Sequence record: OQ174500.1
Length of the DNA stretch: 64,000 nt
DNA from: Escherichia phage REP1
Direction: 5' to 3' (one strand)
Shown piece by piece: positions 47,408-56,183 of the stretch (the stretch's first letter is position 1; every line of letters starts with the position of its first letter). Made by a program: the position numbers and the translations under genes. A model generated the notes under the pieces. That model worked only from the letters and a program-made list of their open reading frames with translations. It was not told where the DNA came from and searched no databases.

Positions 47408-47602
47408 ATGTTAGGTTATCAAGCACGAGTAAAAGAAGAATACGATCAATTAATGCTCAAAATTAATGCACTGAGCAAATTTTTAGAAAGCGCAAAGTTT
47501 CTAACAGTTAACGCAGTTGAGCAAGAACTGCTACTTTCGCAGTTCATCTCAATGAAATCTTATGCTGAGTGTCTAGAGAAAAGAATCGCACAATTCAAAT
47601 AA
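47408..47602 (+). CDS. hypothetical protein (D1 region)
   Basis: 64-aa ORF. Confidence 0.5.
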   Translation: MLGYQARVKEEYDQLMLKINALSKFLESAKFLTVNAVEQELLLSQFISMKSYAECLEKRIAQFK

Positions 47603-47605
47603 AAT

Positions 47606-47628
47606 AAGGGCTTCGGCCCTTTTGTTTT
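47606..47628 (+). terminator. rho-independent terminator AGGGCTTCGGCCCT + TTTTGTTTT
   Basis: GC hairpin + T tract. Confidence 0.7.
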
Positions 47629-47665
47629 AAGAGAAATTATGATTCCGACATAAAGGAAAGTTTAA

Positions 47666-48223
47666 ATGCAGAAAACGAATCCGGGTTTACAGAGACTATT
47701 TCAGATTCCGACATTTACCCTATCGAACAGTGACTTGACTAGTGAAATGAAGGTCAAAATTGCTGATACAGCAAGATACTCTTTAAAACAAAACCCGAAC
47801 CAGGATAAAGCAGAAGTTATCGAAAGATGCCGTATCGCTGTGTACGCAGAGTTTTTTGTGGCAGATTGGCTAAGCGGATATGTCAATAAAGGCCAAGAAA
47901 ATGTCGATGATCCGTACACGTATGCATGGGATGTTTTAGCGCATCCAAAATATTGCGGGCTTCGTGTAGAAGTCAAAACACATCAAACTGACTCGCGTTG
48001 GATTTCGGTAACAACGGGATGCAGCGGAGAGTATCCATATGGTTCTGGAATAAATTTAGGGCCCATTCTAAATCATCAAGTCGCTGACTGTATAATTATA
48101 TTCAACACTAAAGAAATTCATCCAGGTGTCATCCAGTACACTCCGAAGTTCATCGGTGACAGAGAAGACCTTCGTAAGGTTGTAAGAAAAAGCAACTACA
48201 ACGGATGGTATCTTTCCATTTAA
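47666..48223 (+). CDS. denB: endonuclease IV DenB
   Basis: 185 aa, length and position as T4 denB. Confidence 0.75.
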   Translation: MQKTNPGLQRLFQIPTFTLSNSDLTSEMKVKIADTARYSLKQNPNQDKAEVIERCRIAVYAEFFVADWLSGYVNKGQENVDDPYTYAWDVLAHPKYCGLRVEVKTHQTDSRWISVTTGCSGEYPYGSGINLGPILNHQVADCIIIFNTKEIHPGVIQYTPKFIGDREDLRKVVRKSNYNGWYLSI

Positions 48224-48227
48224 AAAT

Positions 48228-48284
48228 TTTTTCACAAAACGGTTTACATACCACAAGGACCGTGGTACTATACAACTATCAACT
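48228..48284 (+). promoter_or_regulatory. early promoter (GTTTAC ... TACTAT)
   Basis: aaaaattttttcacaaaacgGTTTACataccacaaggaccgtggTACTAT. Confidence 0.6.
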
Positions 48285-48308
48285 ACTGATACGGATTTGG
48301 AGAATAAA

Positions 48309-48572
48309 ATGAAATTTAAATTTTATTACGCTAAACATAAAATAACTGATGAGTTTGTGTCAGTTGAATATTCGAGCGATGATGAAGGCATGATTTATAC
48401 TCGCTTAGGATTATCGCATTGGGAGTCTGATCAGCCTTATTTTTCAACTCCTGAAGAAATTACACGCTTAGTTAATGGTCATATGAATGACCACTGGAAT
48501 GTAATTCTTTCAGATAGTCTTAAAGAGGCTATTAATAGTAATGAAATGAAAATCGCTGAGATTGAGCTATGA
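48309..48572 (+). CDS. hypothetical protein
   Basis: 87 aa from ATG after GGAGAA RBS. Confidence 0.5.
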   Translation: MKFKFYYAKHKITDEFVSVEYSSDDEGMIYTRLGLSHWESDQPYFSTPEEITRLVNGHMNDHWNVILSDSLKEAINSNEMKIAEIEL

Positions 48573-48757
48573 GTTCACTATGGTGGTGTTTCGTTTGGTT
48601 AATTAGTATTCCATTAATTTGTTTAACATTTACTTTTGTAATGAGGTTATTATGAAAATTTTGAATTCTGTACTTATTGCTTGCGCGTGGTGGGTTGCAC
48701 AGGTTTCAGCGGTAGTAGTTGGTATTCACATTTATTACGAATATTTTTAAAAAAGTT

Positions 48758-48800
48758 GTTTACAAGACTGTTCTTCCGTGGTACTATTACCCTATCAACT
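48758..48800 (+). promoter_or_regulatory. early promoter (GTTTAC ... TACTAT)
   Basis: aaaaagttGTTTACaagactgttcttccgtggTACTAT. Confidence 0.55.
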
Positions 48801-48815
48801 ACGGAGGAACAGAAA

Positions 48816-48929
48816 ATGAAAAAGATTATTAAAGCTATATGGAATGTAGTTATAATACTAATAGTTTTGAGTATATTCCCAATCGTTTTAATGATTGATG
48901 TATTAAACGTTTACTTTGGATTTATGTGA
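48816..48929 (+). CDS. hypothetical small membrane peptide
   Basis: 37 aa hydrophobic; strong GGAGGAA RBS. Confidence 0.35.
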   Translation: MKKIIKAIWNVVIILIVLSIFPIVLMIDVLNVYFGFM

Positions 48930-48936
48930 GGAAAAT

Positions 48937-49134
48937 ATGAAGCGTAAACGCAGTGCTTTTACATTTATTGAATGGTTTTTCGATAATATTTTTCCGGCTT
49001 TATTCATTTTCATGCTGATTTTTGCCTTAGGTTCAGTTGTAGTTGGAATCTATTTGATGACAGTAGTCGGAATTGATATTCATCAAAATGGTTTAAAATC
49101 CGTGGTTGAAACAATTTGGAACGGTGTAAAATGA
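48937..49134 (+). CDS. hypothetical small membrane protein
   Basis: 65 aa; GAGGAAAA RBS; hydrophobic core. Confidence 0.4.
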   Translation: MKRKRSAFTFIEWFFDNIFPALFIFMLIFALGSVVVGIYLMTVVGIDIHQNGLKSVVETIWNGVK

Positions 49135-49241
49135 TGAATTTGTTGAGCGGTTGGTTTTATATTCTTATGTTTTACATTGGTGCAAATTTTCCATATTGGA
49201 TGGGATGGTCAACAACTGCATTCGGATTTTATACTCCTTGA
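49131..49241 (+). CDS. hypothetical small membrane peptide
   Basis: 36 aa; ATGA overlap; not in track. Confidence 0.3.
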   Translation: MMNLLSGWFYILMFYIGANFPYWMGWSTTAFGFYTP

Positions 49242-49249
49242 GGTAAATT

Positions 49250-49465
49250 ATGAAAAGTTTTAAAGATGTAAAAGTTGGTGAAATTTTTTGTTTAGATAAC
49301 GGTGATCAGTTAATTCGTATTTCACCTCTTAAGAGCACCAGCGAGAAAATGACAGTTAACGCTACTTTAGCAAATAACAGTAATGAACGTTTCTGTATTG
49401 AAAATGATACTGAAACTTACACCGTAGAAGAATTCTGGGAATTGAGCGTCGACTGCGACGATTAA
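49250..49465 (+). CDS. hypothetical protein
   Basis: 71-aa ORF. Confidence 0.5.
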   Translation: MKSFKDVKVGEIFCLDNGDQLIRISPLKSTSEKMTVNATLANNSNERFCIENDTETYTVEEFWELSVDCDD

Positions 49466-49525
49466 TTTAATGGCCGTGTGTATTCATGCGGCCTTGGAGT
49501 AGAAAATAATTTAGAGGAAATTAAT

Positions 49526-49969
49526 ATGAAATACATGACTGTTACTGATCTGAATGATGCAGGCGCTACTGTTATTGGTACAATCAAGGGTGGTGAGTGG
49601 TTTTTGGGAACTCCGCATAAAGATATTTTATCTAAACCTGGATTTTACTTTTTAGTAAGTGAATTCGATGGTTCATGCGTATCTGCACGATTTTATGTAG
49701 GTAATCAGCGTTCTAAGCAAGGATTCAGTGCAGTTCTAAGTCATATTCGTCAACGCCGGTCTCAACTTGCGCGTACTATTGCAAATAACAATATGGTATA
49801 CGCAGTGTTTTATCTGCCTGCTTCTAAGATGAAACCTCTGACGACGGGATTTGGAAAAGGTCAGTTAGCTTTGGCGTTTACTCGTAATCATCATTCTGAG
49901 TATCAAACACTTGAAGAAATGAACCGTATGTTGGCTGATAACTTTAAATTCGTTTTGCAGGCATATTAA
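49526..49969 (+). CDS. ndd: nucleoid disruption protein Ndd
   Basis: 147 aa from ATG after GAGGAAA RBS; [10 protein letters not shown]... matches my recollection of T4 Ndd. Confidence 0.75.
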   Translation: MKYMTVTDLNDAGATVIGTIKGGEWFLGTPHKDILSKPGFYFLVSEFDGSCVSARFYVGNQRSKQGFSAVLSHIRQRRSQLARTIANNNMVYAVFYLPASKMKPLTTGFGKGQLALAFTRNHHSEYQTLEEMNRMLADNFKFVLQAY

Positions 49970-50049
49970 TGAGTAATTTCCATAACGAACATGTGATGCA
50001 GTTTTATCGTAATAATTTTAAAACTAAAGGCGTCTTCGGACGCCAGTGA
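49969..50049 (+). CDS. stp: Stp peptide (26 aa; activator of host PrrC anticodon nuclease)
   Basis: [26 protein letters not shown]; ATG overlaps ndd stop; not in track (<60 aa). Confidence 0.75.
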   Translation: MSNFHNEHVMQFYRNNFKTKGVFGRQ

Positions 50050-50056
50050 GGAAAAT

Positions 50057-50212
50057 ATGAATATTGCAAAATTATTAGGAGTTATTTCATTTATTTGTTG
50101 GATAGTAGCATGTGTTTTAACTATCTGTATTGATGCCAGCAGTGTGTTTTCGCAGGCTTTAGCCCAAGGTATGTGTGCATATTTAACATTTGTGTTGTTA
50201 TCTAATGATTAA
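50057..50212 (+). CDS. ac: Ac-like small membrane protein (acridine sensitivity)
   Basis: 51 aa hydrophobic; GAGGAAAA RBS; position between stp and 52. Confidence 0.55.
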   Translation: MNIAKLLGVISFICWIVACVLTICIDASSVFSQALAQGMCAYLTFVLLSND

Positions 50213-50345
50213 GAAAATCTTGGGCTATTCATTAGCCCTTGCTATTTTATTGATAGCGTTATATTACGGAATAATGTTCGGATTAATTCAAGTCGTGCTT
50301 TTCATTTCTGATGTTATTATGGCACTACATTCACTAGTATGGTAA
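50205..50345 (+). CDS. hypothetical small membrane peptide (52.1-like)
   Basis: 46 aa hydrophobic; overlaps ac stop. Confidence 0.35.
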   Translation: MIKKILGYSLALAILLIALYYGIMFGLIQVVLFISDVIMALHSLVW

Positions 50346-50349
50346 ATTT

Positions 50350-51678
50350 ATGCAACTGAATAATCGCGATTTAAAAAGTATCATTGATAATGAAGCATTG
50401 GCTTATGCTATGTACACGGTTGAAAATCGTGCTATCCCAAATATGATTGACGGATTTAAGCCAGTTCAACGATTTGTTATTGCTCGAGCTCTTGATTTGG
50501 CACGAGGAAATAAAGATAAGTTTCACAAACTCGCTTCTATTGCAGGTGGTGTAGCGGACCTTGGATATCATCATGGTGAAAACTCCGCACAAGACGCAGG
50601 CGCTTTGATGGCTAATACTTGGAATAATAACTTTCCTCTGTTAGATGGTCAAGGAAACTTTGGTTCTCGTACCGTTCAAAAGGCAGCTGCGAGTCGTTAT
50701 ATTTTTGCTCGTGTAAGTAAAAATTTCTATAGCGTATATAAAGATACTGAATATGCTCCGGTACATCAAGATAAAGAACACATTCCGCCTGCTTTTTATT
50801 TGCCTATTATTCCTACTGTTCTTCTTAATGGTGTTTCCGGTATTGCAACTGGTTATGCAACTTACATTCTTCCTCATAGCGTTTCTTCTGTCAAGAAAGC
50901 TGTACTGCAAGCTCTTCAAGGAAAGAAAGTAACTAAACCGAAGGTTGAATTCCCAGAATTTCGTGGTGAAGTCGTTGAAATTGACGGTCAATATGAAATT
51001 CGTGGAACATACAAGTTTACTTCACGAACTCAAATGAATATCACTGAGATTCCGTATAAGTATGATCGTGAAACTTATGTGAGTAAAATCTTAGACCCAC
51101 TTGAAGATAAAGGCTTCATTACATGGGATGATGCTTGTGGTGAGCACGGCTTCGGCTTTAAAGTTAAATTCCGTAAAGAATATTCTTTGAGCGATAACGA
51201 AGAAGAACGCCATGCAAAAATTATGAAAGACTTCGGGTTGATTGAGCGTCGTTCTCAGAATATTACCGTCATTAATGAGAAAGGAAAGCTACAAGTTTAC
51301 GATAACGTAGTTGATTTAATTAAAGATTTCGTTGAAGTTCGTAAAACTTATGTCCAAAAACGAATTGATAACAAAATTAAAGAAACTGAGTCAGCTTTTC
51401 GTTTAGTCTTTGCCAAGGCGCATTTCATTAAGAAAGTAATTTCAGGTGAAATTGTTGTACAAGGTAAAACTCGTAAAGAACTGACCGAAGAACTTTCTAA
51501 AATTGATATGTATTCTTCTTATGTTGATAAACTAGTTGGTATGAACATTTTTCATATGACTTCCGACGAAGCAAAGAAACTTGCTGAAGAAGCTAAAGCT
51601 AAAAAAGAAGAAAACGAATATTGGAAAACTACTGATGTAGTTACAGAATACACTAAAGATTTAGAGGAAATCAAATGA
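50350..51678 (+). CDS. 52: DNA topoisomerase II medium subunit gp52 (GyrA-like)
   Basis: 442 aa; N-terminal AYAMYTVENRAIP...KPVQR motif; matches T4 gp52. Confidence 0.93.
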   Translation: MQLNNRDLKSIIDNEALAYAMYTVENRAIPNMIDGFKPVQRFVIARALDLARGNKDKFHKLASIAGGVADLGYHHGENSAQDAGALMANTWNNNFPLLDGQGNFGSRTVQKAAASRYIFARVSKNFYSVYKDTEYAPVHQDKEHIPPAFYLPIIPTVLLNGVSGIATGYATYILPHSVSSVKKAVLQALQGKKVTKPKVEFPEFRGEVVEIDGQYEIRGTYKFTSRTQMNITEIPYKYDRETYVSKILDPLEDKGFITWDDACGEHGFGFKVKFRKEYSLSDNEEERHAKIMKDFGLIERRSQNITVINEKGKLQVYDNVVDLIKDFVEVRKTYVQKRIDNKIKETESAFRLVFAKAHFIKKVISGEIVVQGKTRKELTEELSKIDMYSSYVDKLVGMNIFHMTSDEAKKLAEEAKAKKEENEYWKTTDVVTEYTKDLEEIK

Positions 51679-51824
51679 GTCCATTCATTGGTATCACAAG
51701 CGCTGCATTAGTATCTGGTAGCATTTTACTGGCGGGTTTAGGTGTTGTTCTAGCCGTAGCAGGAGGTCTTCTTGCATTCGGAATTCAACGTGTTATCATG
51801 ACAGTTATCACAGTCATGCAGTAA
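51675..51824 (+). CDS. hypothetical small membrane peptide
   Basis: 49 aa hydrophobic; ATGA overlap with gene 52 stop. Confidence 0.35.
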   Translation: MSPFIGITSAALVSGSILLAGLGVVLAVAGGLLAFGIQRVIMTVITVMQ

Positions 51825-51828
51825 TTTT

Positions 51829-51856
51829 AGGGAGAGCCGAGGCTCTCCCTTTTTTA
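51829..51856 (+). terminator. rho-independent terminator AGGGAGAGCCGAGGCTCTCCCT + TTTTTT
   Basis: 9-bp stem + T run. Confidence 0.75.
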
Positions 51857-51865
51857 TTTCAAAAA

Positions 51866-51918
51866 TTTTTTCACAAAACGGTTTACAACCAAAGCATACT
51901 ATGGTACTATACAACTAT
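51866..51918 (+). promoter_or_regulatory. early promoter (GTTTAC ... TACTAT)
   Basis: aaaaattttttcacaaaacgGTTTACaaccaaagcatactatggTACTAT. Confidence 0.6.
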
Positions 51919-51951
51919 CAACTATTGATACAGAATTACGGAGATTAGAAA

Positions 51952-52587
51952 ATGTCTAAAGTAACTTACATCATCAAAGCTTCTAACGATGTTCTGAATG
52001 AAAAAACCGCTGCGATTTTAATTACTATTGCTAAGAAAGATTTCATTACAGCTGCAGAAGTTCGTGAGGTGCATCCAGATTTAGGTAACGCAGTAGTTAA
52101 TAGTAATATTGGGGTGTTGATTAAAAAAGGCCTGGTGGAGAAATCAGGTGATGGACTAATCATTACTGGTGAAGCTCAGGATATTATTTCAAATGCAGCA
52201 ACTTTATACGCACAGGAAAACGCTCCTGAACTGCTGAAAAAACGAGCAACTCGTAAAGCTCGCGAAATTACTTCTGATATGGAAGAAGATAAAGACTTCA
52301 TGTTAAAACTTTTAGATGAAAATGGATTTGTTCTTAAAAAGGTTGAAACTTATCGTAGTAACTATCTCGCTATTTTAGAAAAACGCACTCACGGAATTCG
52401 TAATTTTGAAATTAATAACAATGGAAATATGCGAATTTTTGGATACAAAATGATGGAACATCATATTCAGAAATTTACTGATATCGGAATGTCATGTAAA
52501 ATCGCTAAAAACGGTAATGTGTATCTTGACATTAAACGCTCGGAAGAAAACATTGAAGCAGTAATCACTGTAGCATCTGAACTGTGA
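51952..52587 (+). CDS. motA: middle-transcription activator MotA
   Basis: 211 aa, same length and position as T4 motA. Confidence 0.8.
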   Translation: MSKVTYIIKASNDVLNEKTAAILITIAKKDFITAAEVREVHPDLGNAVVNSNIGVLIKKGLVEKSGDGLIITGEAQDIISNAATLYAQENAPELLKKRATRKAREITSDMEEDKDFMLKLLDENGFVLKKVETYRSNYLAILEKRTHGIRNFEINNNGNMRIFGYKMMEHHIQKFTDIGMSCKIAKNGNVYLDIKRSEENIEAVITVASEL

Positions 52588-52597
52588 GGAATAAATA

Positions 52598-52927
52598 ATG
52601 AACAAGTTAGAAATTATCAATGAACTTCGTCGTTGTGCAGAACCCACTCAAGAGGGGTGGGATATCTGGTACCATGGAGCTTATCTTGGAACTATCGTAA
52701 AGATTAAGACTGGTAAATACATGATTATTCGTGAAAGTAAAGATGCTCCAGTAGGTATTCGCAATAATTTCATGGCAGCGATAAGTTCCTTTACAGATGC
52801 AGCTTACGAAATTTACCTTGCCGATTATAAAGAATTCCAGGAATCTCAACCGGTTATTCGCTCAATTGGCGTTAACAAAGCTCGACAGAAAACTTTGTGG
52901 CAGCGTATTAAAGGATGGTTTAAATGA
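52598..52927 (+). CDS. hypothetical protein
   Basis: 109-aa ORF. Confidence 0.5.
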   Translation: MNKLEIINELRRCAEPTQEGWDIWYHGAYLGTIVKIKTGKYMIIRESKDAPVGIRNNFMAAISSFTDAAYEIYLADYKEFQESQPVIRSIGVNKARQKTLWQRIKGWFK

Positions 52928-53385
52928 ACCCATTTATCAATCGTTTAAAAATGCTGAATGTTCCTTTATCTCGTGAGACTCCAGAAAGTCTTGTTGAAAA
53001 ATTTAAAGCGCATGGTTATAAATGCACAGAAGAAGATATTCTGAAAGAAGTTCCTGAAATCTGTTGGCAGACTGCGTATTGGGATGAAAACCAAAAGTAT
53101 CAACGACGAATTGTCTGTGCAGCCAACCGTTTTAAATTAAAAGATGGACGAACTCTTATTATTCCAGGTGCTCGTCATTATTCTAAAGATATGGCAGAAG
53201 TTTTAGATGTAGTTAAACCTCAATTAGTTACTCAACAAGTTTGTAATGATGACCAAGGGTTTATTGACCAATATAGTAATTATTGGACACGTGAAGAAGC
53301 AATGATTATTGCAACTTACGCTGGACAAGTACGTATTGAACGTGGTGGTAATGAAAAAGAACTTTACTCTGAGGACCTTTACTAA
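52924..53385 (+). CDS. hypothetical protein
   Basis: 153-aa ORF. Confidence 0.5.
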   Translation: MNPFINRLKMLNVPLSRETPESLVEKFKAHGYKCTEEDILKEVPEICWQTAYWDENQKYQRRIVCAANRFKLKDGRTLIIPGARHYSKDMAEVLDVVKPQLVTQQVCNDDQGFIDQYSNYWTREEAMIIATYAGQVRIERGGNEKELYSEDLY

Positions 53386-53681
53386 TGAATATTAAAAAGT
53401 TTCAAATTGATGGAATTAAGAATCAAATCCAGGCGTTGGAATATGCTAATAAAATGATGTCAACTAATTGGGGAATTTATGCCAATGAACCGGGATTTAA
53501 GTTCTGCGATATGGAATTCACTAAAAAGCTTGTAGGAAAAGATTATGTATGTCCATTTAGTTCTATAATAAATGACATGTTAAAACCCGCTTTACGCGAT
53601 CTTTATATTGCGATGAACGAAGAAATGATAAAAGAACTAAAACGTCAACTGAAGGTGATTCAATTTGGCCAGGGAAATTAA
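53385..53681 (+). CDS. hypothetical protein
   Basis: 98-aa ORF. Confidence 0.5.
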   Translation: MNIKKFQIDGIKNQIQALEYANKMMSTNWGIYANEPGFKFCDMEFTKKLVGKDYVCPFSSIINDMLKPALRDLYIAMNEEMIKELKRQLKVIQFGQGN

Positions 53682-53883
53682 TTCAAAATCCGATTATTTT
53701 AATTCTCTTAATGATAAAGATAAAAATCTAATACGGCATTTTATCGTTGAGATGGGATATACTGATACACGTGATTTAAGAGAACATATATTTGAATGTG
53801 GTGTAGCTAAAAAGTTTTCATTCACATGCAAATGTTTGAGAGAGGTAATTCAGCACTATGAACAATTTAGTCGCAAAACATAA
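53665..53883 (+). CDS. hypothetical protein
   Basis: 72-aa ORF. Confidence 0.45.
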   Translation: MAREINSKSDYFNSLNDKDKNLIRHFIVEMGYTDTRDLREHIFECGVAKKFSFTCKCLREVIQHYEQFSRKT

Positions 53884-53966
53884 TTTTAATAAAGCTTCTG
53901 TTCATAAGGATAAGAAGAAAGCGTTTAAAGAATCTAATCGCAAACAGAAACATAAGGGGAAGGTCT

Positions 53967-54245
53967 ATGATTATTGATTCTCAATCCGTGGTTCAATACA
54001 CAATCAAAATTGATATTCTAGAAAAGCTATATAAGTTTCTACCAAACCTATACCATTCAATTGTTAATGAATTAGTTGAAGAACTGCATCTTGAGAATAA
54101 TGATTTCTTGATTGGAACTTATAAAGACCTCTCAAAAGCAGGATATTTTTACGTAATTCCAGCTCCAGGAAAAAGTATTGATGATGTATTAAAAATTATA
54201 ATGATTTATGTCCATGATTACGAAATTGAAGATTATTTCGAATGA
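53967..54245 (+). CDS. hypothetical acidic protein (possible Arn-like anti-restriction protein, by size/position only)
   Basis: 92 aa, acidic; lies in the motA-asiA interval where T4 has arn. Confidence 0.35.
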   Translation: MIIDSQSVVQYTIKIDILEKLYKFLPNLYHSIVNELVEELHLENNDFLIGTYKDLSKAGYFYVIPAPGKSIDDVLKIIMIYVHDYEIEDYFE

Positions 54246-54394
54246 GTCATAATCTTGAAAAAGTAATCGAGCATAATGTAGCTCAGGAACGTAAGTCGTT
54301 CAAGGAATTCGTAGAAAAAATTTTTGAAGAAAATAACACAGACCAGTTTACAAATCAAGCGTCTGATGATATTATAACAAAGTCAACTAATTGA
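54242..54394 (+). CDS. hypothetical small protein
   Basis: 50 aa; ATGA overlap; not in track. Confidence 0.3.
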   Translation: MSHNLEKVIEHNVAQERKSFKEFVEKIFEENNTDQFTNQASDDIITKSTN

Positions 54395-54406
54395 GTGGTA
54401 TAGTTA

Positions 54407-54679
54407 ATGAATAAAAACATTGATACAGTTCGTGAAATTATTACTGTTGCGTCTATTTTGATTAAATTTTCCAGAGAAGATATTGTTGAGAATCGTGCTA
54501 ATTTTATTGCATTTCTGAATGAGATTGGAGTAACGCATGAAGGTAGAAAATTAAATCAGAATTCATTCCGTAAAATTGTTTCTGAATTAACTCAAGAAGA
54601 TAAGAAAACCCTCATCGACGAATTCAACGAGGGTTTTGAGGGTGTATATCGATATCTAGAGATGTATACGAACAAATAA
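54407..54679 (+). CDS. asiA: anti-sigma70 factor AsiA
   Basis: 90 aa; matches T4 AsiA. Confidence 0.92.
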   Translation: MNKNIDTVREIITVASILIKFSREDIVENRANFIAFLNEIGVTHEGRKLNQNSFRKIVSELTQEDKKTLIDEFNEGFEGVYRYLEMYTNK

Positions 54680-55336
54680 TTATTTAGCCCTTCCTAATAT
54701 TCTGGCCGCCTGGGCACATATTGATTCAAGGCGGTCATTACTTATATGATCATTTCTATACCAGTACATGGTTATCGTTCCAGCATAGATATTATCCAAA
54801 TTAAAATATGGACAACTGTACATGTAGTTTATTTCAGGAGTAGGCTTTTTAGTTGGTAAAAAAGCAAATTTTGAGTTGGAATAATAATGACGTCCATTTA
54901 AATGAACTGTATATTCATCCATAGTTTTATCAACAGGATATCCTCCAAGTGATTTTTCAGTTATTGTTGAAGGTAATCTTCCTTCGTATGCTATAATATC
55001 AACAAAATAGTTTAAGTTTTTAGGGCGGAAAGAATACACCGCACTAAAGTCTGCCTCAGATGATATATGAACTATCTGGAGTTGTTCCAGGGCGACAGAT
55101 TCAAAGCGTGCATTTCTTTCCTTTTCAATAATTTCACTGTATGTTTCATACTTTGATTGCTTATAGTACTCAAAGAAACTATCTCCCCTATACCAAACAA
55201 TCGCCATCATAAATAAAAGAATTACGACAGCTACCCGGGAAGCAAGAACCTTCCCGGTAGCGTTATCTTTGAACAAGCGATCTAGAACACCAAACAGAAT
55301 ATCAGAGGGCGAAAATGATATTCTAGGTGCTGCCAT
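54680..55336 (-). CDS. t: holin T
   Basis: 218 aa; single TM segment VAVVILLFMMAIVWY; matches T4 holin. Confidence 0.92.
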   Translation of the reverse strand: MAAPRISFSPSDILFGVLDRLFKDNATGKVLASRVAVVILLFMMAIVWYRGDSFFEYYKQSKYETYSEIIEKERNARFESVALEQLQIVHISSEADFSAVYSFRPKNLNYFVDIIAYEGRLPSTITEKSLGGYPVDKTMDEYTVHLNGRHYYSNSKFAFLPTKKPTPEINYMYSCPYFNLDNIYAGTITMYWYRNDHISNDRLESICAQAARILGRAK

Positions 55337-55354
55337 AGACCCTCCTTTTAAGGA

Positions 55355-55362
55355 TATTTATT
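55355..55362 (-). promoter_or_regulatory. late-promoter-like AATAAATA upstream of t
   Basis: Reverse complement reads GAATAAATATCC, then AAGGAGGG SD and ATG. Confidence 0.4.
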
Positions 55363-55367
55363 CAAAA

Positions 55368-56153
55368 TTATACTCTTGAACCATATATTGTACCAACTTT
55401 AGTCCAAGATGGAGCATTACCAGTAACAGCTTTACCAGCAGCGCCGCCGTTATATTCTGATCCTTGACCGCGAATATTACATTTACCTCCTGCGGCACCG
55501 GCATCACCACCATTCCCGCCATTATAGATACCATTGACAGACCCTTTACCGGGCGCAGAAATAGTACCAGCAGTAGCACCCTGTTCCATATTAGCAGACC
55601 CACCAGCAGCACCAAATGGACGACCACCTCCACCGCCAAAAGTCAATCTCATTTGTGAAAAAGGAGAGTAGTATCCGCCGCCACCGCCGCCACCGCCACC
55701 TGCGATAACACCATTGTTATTAATACGTAATCTAGTTCCAATTCCGTTATTTATTGCAGTTCCTCCTGCTCCGCCAGCAGAGTTATTTCCACCATTCCCG
55801 CCGCGACCCCAAACATGCACGCCTGAATTGATATTAAGTGTCACGTATGCATTAGTTAATGAACTAGGAAAATCTAAGCAAGGTTGCCCAGCTGATGAAG
55901 AAACAATATTTCCTGTAATAGTAACAACAACAGGAGTACTACCTTGAGATTTGAGATAATTTATTAGCGTGTCTTTATTATATGAATTACTAGCGCCAAT
56001 ACTGTAATATACTTCTTTAGATTGCCCAGCCATTGAACTCATCCAACCGGGAACTGAAACACGAACTGCTCTCATCGCAGCATCCATCCAACGTTGTCCA
56101 GTTTCATTCACGGCAGATTCGCCAATCCAGCCAGGAACACCTACAATTGCCAT
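55368..56153 (-). CDS. 38: long tail fibre tip adhesin gp38 (T2/T6 type) with glycine-rich motifs
   Basis: 261 aa; several Gly-rich blocks (GGGGGGGGGYY, GGGGGRPFGAAGG, NGGNGGDAGAAGG) separating variable segments. Confidence 0.88.
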   Translation of the reverse strand: MAIVGVPGWIGESAVNETGQRWMDAAMRAVRVSVPGWMSSMAGQSKEVYYSIGASNSYNKDTLINYLKSQGSTPVVVTITGNIVSSSAGQPCLDFPSSLTNAYVTLNINSGVHVWGRGGNGGNNSAGGAGGTAINNGIGTRLRINNNGVIAGGGGGGGGGYYSPFSQMRLTFGGGGGRPFGAAGGSANMEQGATAGTISAPGKGSVNGIYNGGNGGDAGAAGGKCNIRGQGSEYNGGAAGKAVTGNAPSWTKVGTIYGSRV

Positions 56154-56161
56154 TAAAAATC

Positions 56162-56182
56162 CTTAGAGGGCCGAAGCCCTCT
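56162..56182 (-). promoter_or_regulatory. hairpin AGAGGGCTTCGGCCCTCT between genes 37 and 38 (attenuator or processing stem)
   Basis: GC hairpin in the 30-nt intergenic space on the - strand. Confidence 0.4.
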
Positions 56183-56183
56183 T

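Noticed and set aside
55500-55760. Glycine-codon repeats resembling a tandem repeat array
   Set aside because: They are the in-frame glycine-rich motifs of gp38, not a non-coding repeat or CRISPR array
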